DNA of 63,597 nucleotides, the filler included, from Dimorphilus gyrociliatus (Eukaryota; Animalia; Annelida), in NCBI GenBank assembly GCA_904063045.1. It is 4 parts of 4 records of this genome, joined end to end, with 100 filler letters (N's around TTAATTAATTAA, not from the genome) between each part and the next. Parts side by side here need not be neighbours in the genome. Positions count along the whole stretch, not along the records: positions 55,601 to 63,597 come from CAJFCJ010000184.1; 3 more parts are not named here. One strand, 5' to 3'. Positions 58,211 to 63,597 of this stretch are shown piece after piece (position 1 is the first letter of the stretch; every line of letters begins with the position of its first letter). The notes beneath the pieces were generated by a model, which saw only the letters and a list, made by a program, of their open reading frames with translations, had not been told where the DNA came from and searched no databases. The position numbers and the translations under genes were made by a program.

Positions 58211-60541
58211 ATGGCTAGCAAAAAAAAAATACTTTTGAAATAATTTCTCCGGCATTTCTATATATAGAAACATGACAGCCAATAAATTTCTTTCAGAAAT
58301 GATTTAAATTCAACTTTTATTAGAAAATTGTTAAAATAAAAGTTTTTAACTAAAAATTCCTTTAATTTATATAAAAAGTTGATTTTAAAATTTAGAAGTC
58401 TATTTACCATAATTAAAAGATTTTAATATAACAAATTAGGTTTTATTTTTACCTATATGTGAATTTTAAATAATAAAATTAAATTTTTAGATGTTTTCTT
58501 AAACTGTTGATTAATTTTTTTTTATATCGAATTGTACTGTATAATACTATTCTTTATAATTATAAAAGTAGAATTCTTGTGTTGTATTTAATATTATTAA
58601 GAAATGTAAATCTCTCAATTATTTTAATTTATAAAAAATGGTATGTTATAAAAAAAGCGTATTTTTACAAAATATAAAATATTTTCATAAATAAAAAATA
58701 TATAGACTTAAAGTGTACATTTTATAAATTAAATTTCCAAAAATAATGTGAAATTTTAATTAGATAAAATGAAAACCATTTTTTATAAGAATTAACATAA
58801 AAAATTTATGGATAACAAAAACTCAAAATGGCGTTTAAATACATTTTACTAGAATTTTTAGTATAAAATTATAAATAAAACTAAATTTATACTTATATAT
58901 TATAAATAATAGAACTGAAACACACTTCATAACAATATAAGATTTTCTTCTATATACTATTTCTCTAAATTTACCTTTTTGGACTTTTTAGTATTTTTAA
59001 TAAAAACCACTCCATTTAGAAAATTTAAATATTATTTGTTATGTATAAATAGGGTTCTTGTATCTATATTATTATTATTATTATTTAAACCCTATTATAT
59101 TGTTTATACTATCAATATTGTATTATAAACCAATATTCTATTGGCTTAACTACTTATTAAAGGAGATTTTTATAATAATATAATAAAAAAGTTGAGATAA
59201 TTATGACACTACCTTTTATTTAGGAATCCTTTAAATATTATTTACATGAGTATATTTAATTATAAACTTTTGGTATGAGATTGGAGTATTATTACAAAAT
59301 TTGTTGGTGATTTTAAGTATAGGTTTATATTTTACTTCATATTTGAATTTTTATATATTAAAATACTATTTATGATTTTAATATCAGAATATTTAGTTGT
59401 TAAATTAGAATCGTTAAATTCCTATACATAATTAGATCTAAACCTTCCCCTTTAATTGCATCCCTTACTAAAAATAAATCCGTTTTAAACAAAGATATTT
59501 GGTTTAATATATACCTATTAATTTGTCCTTACCAAAATAACAAAAAAGGGGTTAAAATTAATAAAAAAAGTAAATTTTATGGTAAATTAATAAGAAAATG
59601 GAGGTACGTTAATTCGTCAAGTGGTGTATAGTTCGATCTAACAATACATATTTATATATTTATATATAAAGAATAATTTTTAGTATTTTAGAAAGAATTT
59701 AGCTTCTATGTTTTATTTAGATAATAGAAAGACGTTCTATTTTATTATTTATATAGTTAGTCTGAAAATACTTTCTATAATTTATAGTATTCAAAGTTTT
59801 AAGATTTGGTTGTAAACCAATAAATTTTATCAAGGTTATAAATAAGTTTCAATTTTTAATAGAGTGTATATTATAGTATTGAAAACTATCCACTGCTCAT
59901 ATTATTTTTATAAAGACAATAGACTTAAAAAAGTAAAAAATAAGATTTCGGTTTGAGTTAAAAAATTGATCAAACAAAGTCAAAACATTTCATTTTTATT
60001 AAAAGAAGAGTTTATGTACAATTTTATAATCTTTATTTAAAATCAATCTATATTTTATATAGAATTATAATAATAATTTTAATATTTATAAGCCTGTTTA
60101 AAACATTATTTCAATAGAAAAAGTTATTGTTTAAATTTTTATACTTAGAGTTTTTCACAAAAAGCTAACAAAAATTTATAACTTAGAACATGCTGTATGT
60201 AAATTTAAATGAAACGATTATAATACTACACATAATTATAGTAAACAATTACTTTATTGAAGGGGATTTTTCTTTTTTTACTTTTTTCTTTTCTAGTCTT
60301 ACTCTTCTTCTCTACTGTTCATCTCCTCAAATACTTCCCTTATTTTTTCTTCTACTTTGTTTTTCCTCTTAATCTCTTCTTTCTTATTAAAGCTTGTTCT
60401 AATGCCTATCAAAATACTTTCTAGTGGTCTTTTCATGGTGACATATTGAATATAAGTGTATAGTAAACAATAATATATTATTTAAATCTGAAAAATATTT
60501 TTGCAAAAAAACTTTTATTTAAAAATTTATAGCCCATAAAA

Positions 60542-61915
60542 ATGGATCTAGTCAAACTACAATCACTAATAAAAAAATCACCAGATTCATATACTAAAGA
60601 TATGAAAGATATTATAGACATTTATCAATCTTTATTAGATTTACCAATTTATCCAATAAATATGATTAAAGAGTATCTCATTTTTTTAACGAATACTTAT
60701 TATTTTTATCCTAATTACAAAAATAAATTTATTAATTTGGTAATAAAACATTCTGAGATAGAGGGCAATAAAACATTAATAGATGCTTTGATTAACACAC
60801 TTTTTATTATTAAATCAAAAGGAGATATAGAAGAAAGCACCTTTTTTATTAAAATATTCCAATTTAACAAAAAGCTGTCTTTGAAAAGGCTTATTAAAGA
60901 AGTTACTAGTGAAGAAAGCTTAATTGAAATATTAAACAAAGGGATCTCAAATAACAAAAACCATAATAATGAGCAAAAGATATTTTCTTTGGTAAATAAT
61001 TCACATAACATAGAAACTAATAAAAATAATGATAATTCAGATATAAAACAAAATGATCATCAAGACAACACTTTAATTTCAGTTATAAACAATCACGACA
61101 TTGATCTACATGATGATAATCTTACAAAATGTTTAGAAAATAAAAAGGAAGAGGGAGAATACAATATTAAAACTATAATAATATATTTGTTAATATTTCT
61201 GTATCAATCAAAAAACAAAAACTCAGATAAAGTCAAAAAAATACTGTTAGATGTGTTTTATGAAAGGAAAACGAAGCCTAGCAATTTAATTTTAAATTAC
61301 TTATTAAATACTTTAGATCTCCCTGGGGGTTGTAAGGCACAAGAAAATGATATATTTGAAGAAAGTAATAAGCTCTTAGAAAATATAACCAAAGATGAAT
61401 CAAAGAAAGTTGTGAAGGAATTATTTGACCAAATAAAATCAAAAAAAGATGAAAGAAATCTTCTTATAAAAAAGCTCAAACTTATTGCGATTTTAAATTT
61501 TAGGTTCGAACTAAAAACCTCTGTTTTTAATTATTCATTAACACAGGTAGATTTAAAACAAGAAGGATCTAAGCAGCTAGCAGACGTAATAATAAAAAGC
61601 TTTGAAACTGAGTTTTTCGAAAAACAGTGTAAAAAGTTATACGACAAATTTTGTGATGAAACTAAACCAGATGATTTTATTGTATTCGGCTTAAATTTAC
61701 TTAAGGAAGTTATACTCAAAAATTCTTCTAATTTGGATAAATTCGAAGGTTTTTTGGTAGATTTTGAGGAAAAACTTGAAATTTTTAAATTTAGTAAAAG
61801 CAAAAGTATATGTTATGCCTATTCAGCCCTTCTAAAAGCTATAAAATATAATCAAAATGACTATAAAGGGGTTACTTATATGAAAAATAAAAGATTGAAG
61901 GTTGATTACAATTAA
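60542..61915 (+). CDS. SDA1: SDA1 (60S ribosome biogenesis factor), reduced form
   Basis: The N-terminus MDLVKLQSLIKKSPDSY matches the SDA1 L..LQ.LI.RDP.SY motif, and the C-terminus has CYAYSALLK. CCC motif upstream. Confidence 0.75.
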   Translation: MDLVKLQSLIKKSPDSYTKDMKDIIDIYQSLLDLPIYPINMIKEYLIFLTNTYYFYPNYKNKFINLVIKHSEIEGNKTLIDALINTLFIIKSKGDIEESTFFIKIFQFNKKLSLKRLIKEVTSEESLIEILNKGISNNKNHNNEQKIFSLVNNSHNIETNKNNDNSDIKQNDHQDNTLISVINNHDIDLHDDNLTKCLENKKEEGEYNIKTIIIYLLIFLYQSKNKNSDKVKKILLDVFYERKTKPSNLILNYLLNTLDLPGGCKAQENDIFEESNKLLENITKDESKKVVKELFDQIKSKKDERNLLIKKLKLIAILNFRFELKTSVFNYSLTQVDLKQEGSKQLADVIIKSFETEFFEKQCKKLYDKFCDETKPDDFIVFGLNLLKEVILKNSSNLDKFEGFLVDFEEKLEIFKFSKSKSICYAYSALLKAIKYNQNDYKGVTYMKNKRLKVDYN

Positions 61916-62166
61916 AGTTGTATTACTATAAACAAAAAATCAACTGCAGTTATACATTGTTTAGCTTATTGAGGAAAAAAAGTTAATAGATATAGAAGAA
62001 TATTATATAATTAAAAAAATTGAACATATAACAATATTTTTCTTTTATAAAAACAATAGAAATAGTTGTTTTACTATTTTATTTATTTTTTAAAATTAGA
62101 GAAGAAATTTTAATGAAAAACCAAAGATTATAAATTAAAAAGGAGGTTTAATATAGAAGTCAAAAG

Positions 62167-62507
62167 TTATTCTATTAGAAAATCTGGTATTCCATCTTTG
62201 ATTTCAAAAATGCGACTACATTGTTTACATTTAAGCTCGCCTTCTGAAATAAAATTTCCCATAAGACAATCTGTTAATCCTTCAATATCCTCAGAATATG
62301 CAAAATAGGTATCTTCACTTGCTTCGTATTCACTAAATGATTTTTTTACATCCTCTAAAAATTTGTCATTGTTTTTTTCCAAATAATCTTTAATAAATGA
62401 TGGGTCTGTTATTAAATTGTTTTTTTGACAGTTTCTATTTTTAATTCTAAATCAGTATCAAAAGTACATTTATTACACTTCAGAAAAGCTAAAGTAAAAG
62501 GCTTCAT
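62167..62507 (-). CDS. TRM112: Trm112 methyltransferase activator (~113 aa), apparent frameshift at T7 62420-62426
   Basis: CCCC-T-ATG MKPFTLAFLKCNKC... joins ...ISEGELKCKQCSRIFEIKDGIPDFL if one A is added. As written, the frame stops at 62414-62412. Confidence 0.85.
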
Positions 62508-62534
62508 AGGGGTTTACTTTTTTTTAAATAACTT

Positions 62535-63597
62535 TTAAATTTTGTTTTCATTAACACTTGTAAATATTTTGACTATATCTGTTACATTGGTAGCATCATC
62601 AATGGATTTGTCATTTCTGATTCTGATAAGTCTAGGAAATCGTAACGATAGCCCTTTCTCTTTAGTTTTATCAAACATTCCCTTAGCACATTCATGTACT
62701 GGTGATATAGAAAGTTCTGCAGCCGCTACTTCCCAAATATATTTTGGTTCTATCCATACATCCGGGATAAGCGTGCTTCTATATTGATCAGGTTTTTTTT
62801 GAGAAGTTTTTAAACCTTTCGATCCATCACAAAACTGACTTAGGTTTTCATCGGATAGCCCAGAACCTAATTTACAGAAAGATTGATAGATACATTCTTT
62901 TTCATTATAGGCCCCTAACAAAAAAGAGCCTAAGAGCCCTTTTCTTTTACCTTTTCCATGATACGCACCCATTACGATCAAATCAAAAGTGTCTGTGAGT
63001 CCTTTTAAATAGTCTCTCTTTAGCTTAGACCAACAATAACTTCTTTTTGATGGTAGATATTCTGATCCATTTTTCAATTTCTTTATCATCAAACCTTCAC
63101 AGTTTTTGTATAGCGATTTATTAAAAAAATCTTGGAATTGGACATCATCTCCCAATCCACCATTTCCTTCATTGTTCTGGAAGTTCTTGAACTCAACTAA
63201 TTCAATTTTATTTTTTATAAAATTTATGTTTTCAATTAAAACTTTTCTTCTTTCATCTAGTTCTTTTTCTAACAGTTGTTGATCGTTAAAATATAGGATA
63301 TCGAAGATAAATACACAAACATTAATATTGACTTTGTTCAACCTAACATCTTTACGTTTTCGAGTTGAAAGCTTTTGAAAAGATTGAATACTATGTTCTT
63401 TTTCATCATAAGCAACTACTTCTCCATCTAAAATGAAGCTGTTTTTTGATAGCTTTTTAATTGGTTCTTTTAGTTCTGGATATTTTTCAGTCATATTTTC
63501 CAAGTTTCTACTAAATATTCCGATATTATCCCCAAATTTATGGATTTGAAGTCTCTCACCATCATATTTATATTCAGCACTGACCATGAAAACATCT
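62535..63597 (-). CDS. CDC9: ATP-dependent DNA ligase I, 5'-partial
   Basis: Motif I EYKYDGER, LDGEV, FDIL, EGLMIK, KLKRDY and SLRFPR. Open to the window end. Confidence 0.95.
   Translation of the reverse strand, partial: DVFMVSAEYKYDGERLQIHKFGDNIGIFSRNLENMTEKYPELKEPIKKLSKNSFILDGEVVAYDEKEHSIQSFQKLSTRKRKDVRLNKVNINVCVFIFDILYFNDQQLLEKELDERRKVLIENINFIKNKIELVEFKNFQNNEGNGGLGDDVQFQDFFNKSLYKNCEGLMIKKLKNGSEYLPSKRSYCWSKLKRDYLKGLTDTFDLIVMGAYHGKGKRKGLLGSFLLGAYNEKECIYQSFCKLGSGLSDENLSQFCDGSKGLKTSQKKPDQYRSTLIPDVWIEPKYIWEVAAAELSISPVHECAKGMFDKTKEKGLSLRFPRLIRIRNDKSIDDATNVTDIVKIFTSVNENKI

Noticed and set aside
60250-60445. Small K/E-rich gene divergent from SDA1 on the minus strand
   Set aside because: The ATG frame stops after 12 codons, rescue needs a deletion rather than the +1 A seen elsewhere, and no family is recognisable.
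62400-62480. Spliceosomal intron explaining the TRM112 frame break
   Set aside because: The short GT-AG pairs I found (21, 24, 30 nt) keep the frame. The one that shifts it (71 nt) would delete the conserved CxxC.
3770-62787. Many 60-115-aa ORFs in the track that are antisense to, or overlap, real genes and TEs (e.g. 3770, 6872, 7265, 9419, 9708, 11872, 14878, 25879, 32149, 34295, 47544, 57054, 60715, 62542)
   Set aside because: Shadow frames of AT-rich coding or repeat DNA, often with non-ATG starts and no motifs.

Overview
This window is not one continuous locus. It is four contigs joined by identical artificial 100-bp spacers (44 N + TTAATTAATTAA + 44 N at 23759, 45875 and 55501), and they come from at least two very different organisms. 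Segment 1 (1-23758) is a compact, AT-rich animal genome with ~55-75-nt GT-AG introns. It holds a cluster of intronless RNase-inhibitor-type LRR genes and pseudogenes, three rhodopsin-class GPCRs (one frameshifted at a TA microsatellite), a large LDLa-LRR-7TM (GRL101/RXFP-like) gene, a secreted LamG-like gene, a furin-like Cys-rich gene cut by the gap, and a small MITE family carrying CCTAA repeats. Segments 2-4 (23859-63597) look microsporidian: intronless genes, a CCC motif just upstream of ATGs, reduced SDA1, TRM112 and DNA ligase I, LRR proteins with signal peptides, a RING-like protein, and a dense graveyard of Merlin (ISXO2-like), Tc1 and MULE/FLYWCH transposons. Two nested insertions are cleanly resolvable. 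Five reading frames in the microsporidian part are each broken by one missing A in an A5-A7 run, most likely sequencing error. I found no rRNA, tRNA or CRISPR. No databases were searched, so taxonomic and family calls rest on motif recognition.
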